Positions 9,231 through 17,394 of a DNA stretch of 64,000 nt are shown here, piece by piece. The notes under the pieces are model-generated. The model saw nothing but the letters and a program-made list of their open reading frames with translations, searched no databases and was not told where the DNA came from. The stretch is from NCBI GenBank assembly GCA_017524525.1, contig JAFXVM010000001.1, positions 7,256 through 71,255 on the forward strand, written 5' to 3'. Position 1 is the first letter of the stretch. Each line of letters starts with the position of its first letter. Source of the stretch: Alphaproteobacteria bacterium (GTDB taxonomy: Bacteria > Pseudomonadota > Alphaproteobacteria > Rs-D84). The translations under genes were made by a program, and so were the position numbers.

Positions 9231-10943
9231 TTATATTAAATACCAACCTTCTATTGACACAGATAATATTGTCGCTGGTAATTGTTCACTGCTTGAAATA
9301 GTCCACAAAGGTTCTATGGTGTTGCATTGTGTTCCTAATAAATTCATTGACAAATCACCAGTAAAACCAGAGTTGTTTTCGGCATATGCCCAATTAGGTA
9401 TTTCCATACGATAATTATTTACAAACATTGTTTTTGTTTTTATAACTCGGACAGAAATTTTTCTGGTTCTAATTTTTTTTGGGCAATGACCATTTACTAT
9501 AATTGGAAACGACGATACCTTGTAAGAAAATCCGTATGTATCTGCATCTTGTAATTTCGCATTATCAAATTTTTCAAGATATTGTGTATTATTCCTTTTG
9601 ACGATAACATAAGTTTCATTGCCAACAACAGCCACATATTTGAACAAACCATCTGTTTTATAGGTTCCCCATGCTGCAATATCTGTATTAGCATAATTAT
9701 GAAATACAGCCATAGAGCCATCTTCCATAATTAAAAATAATTTGTGTTTCACTGGATTATACGCGATGCTGGTCGGCTGGTTTAATAAATGTTTTGAAAA
9801 CACACATAAATCCGTCGCATTATATTTATTGTTCAAAGTATCTAAATCTAATTCTCGAATATCTTTACCAGATTGAGCAACAAATACAGTACTGCCTTCA
9901 ATTTGTTGTGGTGGCAAATATCTGCTTACAGTGCTACCTATGGCAGTATGTTTTTTTATATTAACATTTGATGGTGTTAGCGGTGTATTTGATATAGCCC
10001 ATTCGCCAGTAGAAGTTAATATTTGTAGCGCATCGCAACTAACCAAATTGCATATTTGATTGTGTTGTGCTGATAATAAAACAGTATATATTGCTTCGTC
10101 GTCTAAGCCTGTTCCTGTATCAAAGTTATTGTATTCGCCAACTTTAGACATCCAAATATTATTTGGTGCAGACGGAGTTCCCCCAAAAACTAACCTGTTT
10201 TGGTGAAAAGCGATAGTCATAGGCCAACCACGTCTTGTGTTAAAGGCGGCTTCAAACCAATCTGTTATAGGAGTAATTGGTATCGTAAAATCACCATTTG
10301 TATAAACTGTTGCTATGCGAGCGCTTTGAACAGATTCTACTATCCACTGTTTATTGTTGACTAATAATCTTACGTTTAACCACGTATTGTCCCACAAATC
10401 CGCGCTTGCAGTAAATGTTGCATGGTTATTATCTATGTTACTGGTCCCGATAGTGATAGAAATATCTTGTGTATCATCATAACGCATAAATGGTATATTC
10501 AAAGTAGTGTTTGAATTCATATAAAAACGAAATACACTCAAAGAAAAACCATTTGCGTTTTTTGTTAATATTTGTGGCGCATAGTTAGGATGCACAAAAA
10601 ACATTGTGTTAAATCTTTGAACGTATTGTAATTTATTCAAATCAGCACTATACCAAGGCGTGACAACTGTCGCTATTTTGTTGTCGTTATAATAGACATC
10701 TAACAATCTGTCGTAAAAAACTAGTAAATATTTTTCTGCATCATTAATTACAAACGGTACTAATATGGAATTATTTGCGATATTCTTTATCTTTTTTAAT
10801 CCTGGTCTGCGTTTCAAAGCCCCGGATTCTAATACATCCATATTTTCAAGTTTTGCTACACCATGAACAGTATTTATTGCATAAAATTCTGGGGCTACTT
10901 CGCCACTAGAAAAAACATTTTGTGTTTTAAGAAAATTTCCCAT
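9231..10943 (-). CDS. Tail tubular protein B / nozzle-like protein
   Basis: 570 aa and beta-rich. Located directly after the adaptor-like gene. N-terminal FSSGEVAPEFYA...LESGALKRRPGL is typical of podovirus nozzle/stabilisation proteins. Confidence 0.5.
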   Translation of the reverse strand: MGNFLKTQNVFSSGEVAPEFYAINTVHGVAKLENMDVLESGALKRRPGLKKIKNIANNSILVPFVINDAEKYLLVFYDRLLDVYYNDNKIATVVTPWYSADLNKLQYVQRFNTMFFVHPNYAPQILTKNANGFSLSVFRFYMNSNTTLNIPFMRYDDTQDISITIGTSNIDNNHATFTASADLWDNTWLNVRLLVNNKQWIVESVQSARIATVYTNGDFTIPITPITDWFEAAFNTRRGWPMTIAFHQNRLVFGGTPSAPNNIWMSKVGEYNNFDTGTGLDDEAIYTVLLSAQHNQICNLVSCDALQILTSTGEWAISNTPLTPSNVNIKKHTAIGSTVSRYLPPQQIEGSTVFVAQSGKDIRELDLDTLNNKYNATDLCVFSKHLLNQPTSIAYNPVKHKLFLIMEDGSMAVFHNYANTDIAAWGTYKTDGLFKYVAVVGNETYVIVKRNNTQYLEKFDNAKLQDADTYGFSYKVSSFPIIVNGHCPKKIRTRKISVRVIKTKTMFVNNYRMEIPNWAYAENNSGFTGDLSMNLLGTQCNTIEPLWTISSSEQLPATILSVSIEGWYLI

Positions 10944-10959
10944 TATGCAATCCTTTTTA

Positions 10960-11478
10960 TTAAAATCTTGAATTTATCAAGGAAAAACTATTTATATTTG
11001 ATTGATTCGAAGATGTACTGTCTATGAATTTAGCAGATTGATATTCTGATTCATACAAAGCCGTCATCATTTTAAAAACATTTGTGTCACCAATCAAAGG
11101 GATACAGAATTCTACTGCCAATTTGGTTGCAACTAATGTCGCAAAATACCCAGGAAAATCTTCTGGTGCAGTCTTTACAATCGCAGATACTTCCAAACTT
11201 TCCCCTGATGTGATTATTTTATTACCAATTATTTGTCCTTCACATTTTAATATACGCAATACATTTGCAGGTATAATAAAATCACCATTTGAATCTTTGG
11301 TTAAAATCAAAGTTTGTGTTGCAAATCGCCATGGGAACATTGCCAACAGAGTATCTGTTACGGAATCAAACAAAGTTCTTGATAATTGGGCAGATGCGGA
11401 ATCTTCTCGCCAAGATTGGATAGGTTTTTCACCCAATTTCAACAAAGCCATTGAACATAAATCTATTTTTGTAAACAT
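10960..11478 (-). CDS. Tail tubular protein A / head-tail adaptor-like protein
   Basis: 172 aa. N-terminal IDLCSMALLKLGEKPIQSW...AMFPWRFA is typical of podovirus gp11-like adaptors. Confidence 0.5.
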   Translation of the reverse strand: MFTKIDLCSMALLKLGEKPIQSWREDSASAQLSRTLFDSVTDTLLAMFPWRFATQTLILTKDSNGDFIIPANVLRILKCEGQIIGNKIITSGESLEVSAIVKTAPEDFPGYFATLVATKLAVEFCIPLIGDTNVFKMMTALYESEYQSAKFIDSTSSNQSNINSFSLINSRF

Positions 11479-11541
11479 ATCTTATACCTATTCATTAAAA
11501 ATGGGTCGCATTTGCGACCCATTGTGTAAGAAAAAACGCGT

Positions 11542-11772
11542 TTATGATAACGCACCTACTGTGACTACACCTTCTGCAACAGTAATCGCTTTGATTGTTG
11601 CTCCATCAGAGCCATTAATCAAAATAATATCACCTGTATTCATTAAGGTTTTTACGCTTGAAAAATAGCCAGATGCAATTATTGTCGCCAATGTAGCACT
11701 TTCTTTGTAGTGCCACAAAGTAAAACCATTAGCATATGCAATCACAGACAAGTTTTTATTTTGAAAAGCCAT
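11542..11772 (-). CDS. Small structural-module hypothetical protein
   Basis: 76 aa ORF directly downstream of the capsid gene. Confidence 0.35.
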   Translation of the reverse strand: MAFQNKNLSVIAYANGFTLWHYKESATLATIIASGYFSSVKTLMNTGDIILINGSDGATIKAITVAEGVVTVGALS

Positions 11773-11794
11773 TTTATTCCCTTTTGGTTATATG

Positions 11795-12622
11795 TTAAGC
11801 AGCATCGTCATCGCATTTGATACGAACAATACCTTCGTTATCAATCAAAACTGCACCCTGAGACATACTGTTGCTGATAAAGTGCGCAGCGCGTTCACCG
11901 TGCCATGTGATATCTGTTTTCACTTCTTGACCACATGCATGACCAATACTGGATGCATGGTACATAAAGCAATCACGGTCATCTCCGCTTGCCAAAGGAA
12001 GCGCGTTGCACAAAATCCAATTAACACCTAACCATTTTCTTGATTCACAACCGTCTACCAAAGGCAAAGAATTGCCAACATAATCAGCAGAAACAAATTC
12101 TGATATTTTTAACAATTCATTCCATTGATGAACACCAACAACTGCGAATCTACGGCCGTCATCTGGCACATCGTTTTCATTTAACTTTTCCAACGCAGCC
12201 ATAATAAGAGCTTTGGTTAAACCTGTGCTGTAATCACCAACATATTGAGTTGCGTTATTCATAGCGCCGATAATTAATTCATCTGTTTTGCGTCCCAAAG
12301 CATAAGCCCCAGCAGATGCAACAACACGACGTTCGTCTACATTGGTTTTCAATTCATCCAATGCATCAACCCAATCGCCAGCATAGTAATCTTGTAATGT
12401 ACATTCTACTGGCGTATGATTCAAATTCATCACAGGAACAATTCCATGACGAGATTTTGTACTGGCGATACCTTTGCCAACTTTTTGGAATGTTGTAGAA
12501 GCGCCAACCACTCCAGATTTGCTGCGAATTGTAGAGCGTAATTTTGTGCCCATTTGTTGATATGCTAAATGCACATCTGCTTCAAATTGTTTTATAAATA
12601 CTTGGTCTACAGACATAGACAT
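11795..12622 (-). CDS. Major capsid protein (HK97-fold type, small)
   Basis: 275 aa. Positioned after the scaffold gene. N-terminal FIKQFEADVHLAYQQMGTKLR pattern is seen in phage capsid families. AAAGGA RBS upstream. Confidence 0.55.
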   Translation of the reverse strand: MSMSVDQVFIKQFEADVHLAYQQMGTKLRSTIRSKSGVVGASTTFQKVGKGIASTKSRHGIVPVMNLNHTPVECTLQDYYAGDWVDALDELKTNVDERRVVASAGAYALGRKTDELIIGAMNNATQYVGDYSTGLTKALIMAALEKLNENDVPDDGRRFAVVGVHQWNELLKISEFVSADYVGNSLPLVDGCESRKWLGVNWILCNALPLASGDDRDCFMYHASSIGHACGQEVKTDITWHGERAAHFISNSMSQGAVLIDNEGIVRIKCDDDAA

Positions 12623-12794
12623 AAGAAATCCTTTTTGTTTAAGTTAACTGTGCCTTGTGGCATGAAAAAATTTTGATTGATGGTTATGCAAATAATGCGC
12701 CATTAAACAAAACATTACACACGGGTCCACAAAAATGGATTATCCAATAAAAAATTCAGTTAGACTTCTATCATCTAACTGAAAAATTTATCAT

Positions 12795-12825
12795 AAAAAA
12801 ATCCCCAAAATCTGCGATTCTGGGG
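12795..12825 (-). terminator. Intrinsic terminator after the K/A-rich gene
   Basis: On the minus strand: CCCCAGAATCGCAGATTTTGGGG hairpin followed by a T-run. Confidence 0.6.
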
Positions 12826-12848
12826 ACAAATAATTGATTAACTATTTA

Positions 12849-13142
12849 TTATTTTTTCTTTACTACTTTTTTAGCAGCTGGTTTTTTTGCAGCAACTTTT
12901 TTTGCAGGTGCTTTTTTAGCAACTGGTTTTTTTGCAACTACTTTTTTAGCAGCTGGTTTTTTTGCAGCAACTTTTTTTGCAGGTGCTTTTTTAGCAACTG
13001 GTTTTTTTGCAACTACTTTTTTAGCAGCTGGTTTTTTTGCAGGTGCTTTTTTAGCAACTGGTTTTTTTGCAGCAGGTTTTTTTGCAGCAGCTGGTTTAGC
13101 AGCTGTTTTTGTGCATCCACATTTTTTCTTTAAGCCGAACAT
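12849..13142 (-). CDS. Lysine/alanine-rich histone-H1-like basic protein
   Basis: 97 aa from ATG 13142, with AAGGAGAG 7 nt upstream. MFGLKKKCGCTKT followed by AKKPAAKK / VAKKPVAKKAPAKK repeats through to the C-terminus. Confidence 0.7.
   Translation of the reverse strand: MFGLKKKCGCTKTAAKPAAAKKPAAKKPVAKKAPAKKPAAKKVVAKKPVAKKAPAKKVAAKKPAAKKVVAKKPVAKKAPAKKVAAKKPAAKKVVKKK
12862..13090. repeat. 75-nt tandem repeat (about 3 copies) inside the K/A-rich gene
   Basis: The string actacttttttagcagctggttttttt recurs at 12862, 12937 and 13012. The period of 75 nt equals 25 codons. Confidence 0.85.
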
Positions 13143-13239
13143 AATTCTCTCCTTTCTATGTTTTCGGATAGAACAAAATTTTTTTGTTCTTGTTTTATAT
13201 TTTATATGAAAGAAAACAAATAGTAAAGAATAAAATGAA

Positions 13240-13896
13240 TTATGAATATAATTTTTTAAAACCATTTTCAATTTTTCTAACATACTCTTCATCATGATCG
13301 CGCCAATATTTTGGATCGCGCATCATATCACGCAGAACATCATCTGTTAAATTTTCTGTCGAACTTTTATTTGTTAAAACATCAGGTTCCATTGATTGCA
13401 TCATCTTGTATATACCTTGTATTCCCTGGGGTGTAGCGCACAATTCATCAAATGCATCTTTTGGTAAATATCTTTCACCAAACGCATTTATTTCACGTAA
13501 AGCATCTTTCATTTTTTCATCATCACCAAAAAAATTTTTCAATTCATTTATAGCATTCGTTTGATTTTGTAATTGAAATAAATTTTTTAATGTTGGTTGT
13601 AAAAATTCTTCTGCGATTGCATAAATTTGTTCAACTTGTTTTGAAGTTAAACCAATTTCATGAAATTTTTCGCGAACCGATTCGTCTTCAAACAAAGGAT
13701 TGATTGGATAATCAGCAGCACTATCTGGGACACCAATTGCATGATTAAACTTTTGTTTTGTTGCATCATCACTATCATCTTTTGGCAAAGATATCATGTT
13801 GCTCATTTTCTTTTCGAGTTCACAATATGATTTTACTAACGCAGATGTATTTAATTCACCTTTGTCATCTAGAAATTTTTCTGGAATTTGTTCCAT
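13240..13896 (-). CDS. Capsid scaffolding/assembly protein
   Basis: 218 aa from ATG 13896 (AAGGAAA RBS). Acidic and helical. MEQIPEKFLDDKGELNTSALVKSYCELEKK resembles podovirus scaffold N-termini. Lies upstream of the capsid gene. Confidence 0.5.
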   Translation of the reverse strand: MEQIPEKFLDDKGELNTSALVKSYCELEKKMSNMISLPKDDSDDATKQKFNHAIGVPDSAADYPINPLFEDESVREKFHEIGLTSKQVEQIYAIAEEFLQPTLKNLFQLQNQTNAINELKNFFGDDEKMKDALREINAFGERYLPKDAFDELCATPQGIQGIYKMMQSMEPDVLTNKSSTENLTDDVLRDMMRDPKYWRDHDEEYVRKIENGFKKLYS

Positions 13897-14086
13897 TAGA
13901 TTTTCCTTTGGTTGAAGATTCTTGTTTAAGAAAATAAATGCCCCCCAATGTGAATATTGTTTGCAGCATTGAAAACACATCTGCATCACCAACAAGATAT
14001 GCGCCCACAGCAGATACAATACCGACACTGGAAATAACATAAGTTTTACGATTTTGTAAATAACCGCCTTTGATTATTTTGTTCAT
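13865..14086 (-). CDS. Small membrane protein, holin candidate
   Basis: 73 aa with two hydrophobic segments (VISSVGIVSAVGAYLV and LQTIFTLGGIYFL). Lies immediately after the hydrolase gene. Confidence 0.4.
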   Translation of the reverse strand: MNKIIKGGYLQNRKTYVISSVGIVSAVGAYLVGDADVFSMLQTIFTLGGIYFLKQESSTKGKSNGTNSRKISR

Positions 14087-14103
14087 GAAAATCCTTTTGT
14101 TAT

Positions 14104-14514
14104 TTATAAATAATAAAGTATGTCTTCACATTCAAATATATAACCACGCGCAACTGCCCATTGTGGCATAACATCTGTGTGATGAAATTTAGTTGCGCCA
14201 AAAACACTGTCGCGTAAATTACCATGCAACATAGTTTTAACAACCCGCAAACACATTTGAAGCCTTCTGTCTTTTGTATCCACAGACAAAAATTTTTTTC
14301 GCGGAGAAAAATGATTTAAAGAGTCGAAAATATTTTTATCCGTTGCAATATCTTCAAAAGACTTTTTATATTTAACATGAATGTTATATATCATAGATGC
14401 CATTGCTTCAACAGCCTGCAAAGATACACCTTTTGTCTCAGCAAATATGATTCGTGCTAATTTATACGGTACAATTTGTGTATCGTCTGGATTGTTTATT
14501 AAAAATAGTTGCAT
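14104..14514 (-). CDS. SleB-type cell wall hydrolase (endolysin candidate)
   Basis: 136 aa. LARIIFAETKG...AVEAMASMIYN...FHHTDVMPQWA matches the Hydrolase_2/SleB pattern. Confidence 0.6.
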   Translation of the reverse strand: MQLFLINNPDDTQIVPYKLARIIFAETKGVSLQAVEAMASMIYNIHVKYKKSFEDIATDKNIFDSLNHFSPRKKFLSVDTKDRRLQMCLRVVKTMLHGNLRDSVFGATKFHHTDVMPQWAVARGYIFECEDILYYL

Positions 14515-14537
14515 GGTTTTACCTGTGTTGTGTTAAT

Positions 14538-14565
14538 AAAAAAACCGCACAGCAAATGCGTGCGG
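14538..14565 (-). terminator. Intrinsic terminator 2 in the leader of the phage-like operon
   Basis: On the minus strand: CCGCACGCATTTGCTGTGCGG followed by TTTTTTT. Confidence 0.65.
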
Positions 14566-14581
14566 AAAAAAACACAAGAAT

Positions 14582-14604
14582 AAAAAAACCGCCCATCATG
14601 GCGG
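14582..14604 (-). terminator. Intrinsic terminator 1 (after birA, in the leader of the phage-like operon)
   Basis: On the minus strand: CCGCCATGATGGGCGG followed by TTTTTTT. Confidence 0.65.
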
Positions 14605-14631
14605 ACAGAATTTCTATTCTTGATGTTGTGT

Positions 14632-14660
14632 ATGATATCACAAATTGACATGAAAGTCAA
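14632..14660 (-). promoter_or_regulatory. Sigma70-like promoter facing the phage-like operon
   Basis: On the minus strand: TTGACT (14660-14655), a 17-nt spacer, then TATCAT (14637-14632). The -35 lies inside a TTGAC-N6-GTCAA palindrome (14645-14660). Confidence 0.45.
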
Positions 14661-14666
14661 GTGCTT

Positions 14667-15350
14667 TTAAATACTGATTTCGTCCCCGTATGTTAAAATA
14701 TATCTGGTTCCTTCACGTAAAACCAATGCACCGTCTTCGTTAAGTCCCATTAATTCTGCGGGTTTGCCGTGGTATTGAATCGTTTTATTAAGACCTGCTG
14801 CCAAATCCATCCAACGTTCACGTACAACAGAAAAATTTGCACCACGCCATTTATCTATTTTTTTCATTAAAACATTCAAAACTTCTTTGATATCAACATC
14901 TGGCTTGTATTTATGTATTTTAGTTGTTCTATATTCTTTGACAGTTGGACAAGTTTTTACATTTATTCCAATTCCAACAATTACAAAATTTTGAGAATAT
15001 TCTATCAAAACACCACTGATTTTTTTACCATCTATTAAAACATCATTGGGCCATTTTATTTGCGGATTCATTCCAAAAGAAATTAATGTTTCTGCAATTG
15101 CAACCGCAACTGCATAAGACAATCTAGGATCGCGTTCATCTAGTTTATAAATAAACGAAACATACAAATTACCATGATGCGAAACCCATGTCCGTCTGTA
15201 TCTTCCACGACCTGCACTTTGTGCCAAAGCCATAATTACCGTTTTATTAGTCGCAGTTCCACGTGCAATTAAATCATGCGCAAAATCTTGCGTGCTGGTT
15301 ATTTTATCAAAAGACAATAATTTATAAGTGTCCAATTTTGTATTTTCCAT
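14667..15350 (-). CDS. birA: Biotin-[acetyl-CoA-carboxylase] ligase
   Basis: 227 aa. GRGRYRRTW motif and KWPNDVLIDGKKISGVL. No N-terminal HTH (group I type). Confidence 0.85.
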   Translation of the reverse strand: MENTKLDTYKLLSFDKITSTQDFAHDLIARGTATNKTVIMALAQSAGRGRYRRTWVSHHGNLYVSFIYKLDERDPRLSYAVAVAIAETLISFGMNPQIKWPNDVLIDGKKISGVLIEYSQNFVIVGIGINVKTCPTVKEYRTTKIHKYKPDVDIKEVLNVLMKKIDKWRGANFSVVRERWMDLAAGLNKTIQYHGKPAELMGLNEDGALVLREGTRYILTYGDEISI

Positions 15351-15741
15351 TCTCGTTTAATATAAAATCGTGTCCATATTTTTTACGCAATTGATAAACA
15401 GCATTTTCAACTGTGTGAGTTGTTATATCTGGCAAGAAACCGATATTTTCTTTTAATTCACGCATAGATATATTTGGATTTTTATATAATGAAACAACAA
15501 TTTTGCGTTGTAAAATCGGCAAAATAATATAATGCCCAAAAACAGCGATGATAACATCATGATAATCAAGACACTCAAAAATAATTTTTTTTAAGTCATC
15601 AACATAAACAGGCGCATTTGTAGCAACATCATCAAAAACCACATCCGCAGTATTTTGATTATCAACCACAATTGCACCCAAATCAGCAAAAATATGCTGC
15701 CAATACCTATCAGACGAATAAATCTTGATATTATCTAACAT
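15322..15741 (-). CDS. Winged-helix (OmpR/PhoB C-terminal type) DNA-binding protein without recognisable receiver domain
   Basis: 139 aa. C-terminal ISMRELKENIGFLPDITTHTVENAVYQLRKKYGHDFILNENGKYKIG resembles the trans_reg_C domain. Confidence 0.45.
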   Translation of the reverse strand: MLDNIKIYSSDRYWQHIFADLGAIVVDNQNTADVVFDDVATNAPVYVDDLKKIIFECLDYHDVIIAVFGHYIILPILQRKIVVSLYKNPNISMRELKENIGFLPDITTHTVENAVYQLRKKYGHDFILNENGKYKIGHL

Positions 15742-15791
15742 ACTTGCACAATACCCGAAAAACAGACATTGTGCAAGATTTTATTAATGTT

Positions 15792-16034
15792 CTATAAACT
15801 GTTATCGTGAGACGGGATAAATTTCGTAAAATCTTCAAGCGATGCCCCTGTTGAAGCCAATATTTTAGAAATACTATTGGTCGAAGGCCATCTTGGTTGC
15901 CCTTCTTTGGACCAGCGTTTGCTTTTGTTAAAAGTTGTTGGATCTAAACCGCTACATTTTGCAAGTCCAGAACAAGACATGTGATGTTCTGTTGCAAATT
16001 TTTCGATTGCATGCCATACATCTTCGTGTGTCAT
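15792..16034 (-). CDS. Small HTH (phage-repressor-like) transcriptional regulator
   Basis: 80 aa from ATG 16034 (GGGAGA RBS). WHAIEKFATEHHMSCSGLAKCSGLDPTTFNKSKR is HTH-like. Confidence 0.55.
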   Translation of the reverse strand: MTHEDVWHAIEKFATEHHMSCSGLAKCSGLDPTTFNKSKRWSKEGQPRWPSTNSISKILASTGASLEDFTKFIPSHDNSL

Positions 16035-16170
16035 TTTCTTTTTCTCCCTAGGCTTAGTTTTCCAATTCAACACTTTGATAATACGCTATTTTTCACATTT
16101 TGTTGAATAGTTTGTTTTCCTAGGCAAAAAAGCAAAAAAATATACAAAAAAATTTTTTTTGACAAAATAC

Positions 16171-16199
16171 TTGACAAATGGTTTTTTGTGTATTATATT
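16171..16199 (+). promoter_or_regulatory. Sigma70-like promoter of the candidate sRNA
   Basis: TTGACA (16171-16176), a 17-nt spacer, then TATATT (16194-16199). The 16-nt string aaaatacttgacaaat is repeated at 46589-46604. Confidence 0.5.
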
Positions 16200-16204
16200 T
16201 CGAT

Positions 16205-16382
16205 TCGTCAAAGGATGAAAATCATTTGACTATATCGAGCCCAGAGTTTTCAGACTCCCTCCTACATTCTCTCTCCTCTGGACTTTGGGCTCAAACGACA
16301 GTTTAGGATGCCCATTTCTTTTTCTCCTTTCCTTCCTTTCAGGGCATCCGGAAAATACCGCCGGCAACGGCGGTGTTTTTTT
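16205..16382 (+). ncRNA. Candidate trans-acting sRNA with CU-rich (anti-SD-like) loops
   Basis: Lies in a 364-nt non-coding gap. Stem 16237-16246 pairs with 16283-16292 and encloses CUCCCUCC and CUCUCUCCUCU. Stem 16306-16313 pairs with 16342-16349 and encloses UUCUCCUUUCCUUCCUUUC. Terminator CCGCCGGCAACGGCGG plus a U-run at 16358-16382. Confidence 0.5.
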
Positions 16383-16397
16383 ATTTATAAATAAAAA

Positions 16398-17333
16398 TTA
16401 TTTATCGAATACAGCGAATATTTCCCAATGGGCAGAACCAACAAATTGATCCATAGGAATTGCAACAGTCATTTTATATCCGCCATGTTCTAGTGTTTGT
16501 TTGTCTCGCACAAAAGAATTTGGATTGCAAGATACATAAATTACGCGTTTGACATTTGATTTCGCGATTTCTTTGGATTGTTTCTCTGCCCCGGCACGTG
16601 GCGGATCCATTATAACAACATCATATTGATTAAGATTCTGCACCGTCAAAGGCTTTTTAAACAAATCTCGCCCTATGCCATTACCAAATATATCAAAACC
16701 TGTTGCATTCGTAGCATAAGTGAAATTGCCCAATCCGCAAAACAAATCAGCCACTTTTTTTGCGCCATTTGTATATTTTACAACCAAATCACGCAAGATT
16801 TGTTCTGTTTCGATTGTGGGTTGTAAAAACGCAAAAGGCGGATATTTTATGATTTTATCATTAAACTTGATTTCCGGTTCATTATATTTTCGCACAATTT
16901 TATCGTTCCAAACAAATCGAATTATTTGTGGTGGCAATTTTTCAACTTTTTCTTTGAAAGCCGCGTTAAAATACGGAATATCTGCTTTGACAGAAACATC
17001 TATACCGTTTTCGCATTTTGTGATTAAAACACTGCCAGCACCAATCCAAGGAAGCGCGGCAATCTTTGGTAAAACTGTATTTATTTCTTCGCATAAATTT
17101 GGGCAATTTTTAATATCAATTATGTCTTTGCTTTGTTTTTTATAAAACCCAAAATGCCCCCCAACAAAAGCCAAATCAGCACGACGGCGTGTTCCATACT
17201 GCCCCCAAATGGGTTCATTTGTGAAATCTATGTTCGGCAAATCAGCCAATTTAGATTCGCGATATTGTGCATCGCTCCAATCATATTTGCAGCCGCCACA
17301 CAGATTCAAAAAAGGACATTTTTTCGTTATCAT
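16398..17333 (-). CDS. RNA (uracil-C5)-methyltransferase, RlmD/TrmA family, no TRAM domain
   Basis: 311 aa. N-terminal Cys cluster CPFLNLCGGCKY, SAM motif DLFCGLGNF, and VIMDPPRAG...VIYVSCNP. Confidence 0.7.
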   Translation of the reverse strand: MITKKCPFLNLCGGCKYDWSDAQYRESKLADLPNIDFTNEPIWGQYGTRRRADLAFVGGHFGFYKKQSKDIIDIKNCPNLCEEINTVLPKIAALPWIGAGSVLITKCENGIDVSVKADIPYFNAAFKEKVEKLPPQIIRFVWNDKIVRKYNEPEIKFNDKIIKYPPFAFLQPTIETEQILRDLVVKYTNGAKKVADLFCGLGNFTYATNATGFDIFGNGIGRDLFKKPLTVQNLNQYDVVIMDPPRAGAEKQSKEIAKSNVKRVIYVSCNPNSFVRDKQTLEHGGYKMTVAIPMDQFVGSAHWEIFAVFDK

Positions 17334-17394
17334 ATTTTTATATTAACATAAATTCTGTCTTGATTCCAATTTGTTTTAAAACTATTATATAATC

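Noticed and set aside
12862-13090. Regularly spaced repeats that might suggest a CRISPR array
   Set aside because: The repeats are contiguous with no unique spacers. The period is 75 nt, in frame, inside a coding sequence. No cas genes are present in the window.
12834-13133. 99-aa plus-strand ORF with striking FFCS/NWFFC repeats
   Set aside because: It is the antisense shadow of the K/A-rich gene's 75-nt repeats. It has no RBS. The minus-strand frame has a strong SD and a terminator.
1840-14514. Possible diversity-generating retroelement, because BPP-1-like podoviruses carry one
   Set aside because: No reverse transcriptase ORF is present, and I saw no template/variable repeat pair near the fibre gene.
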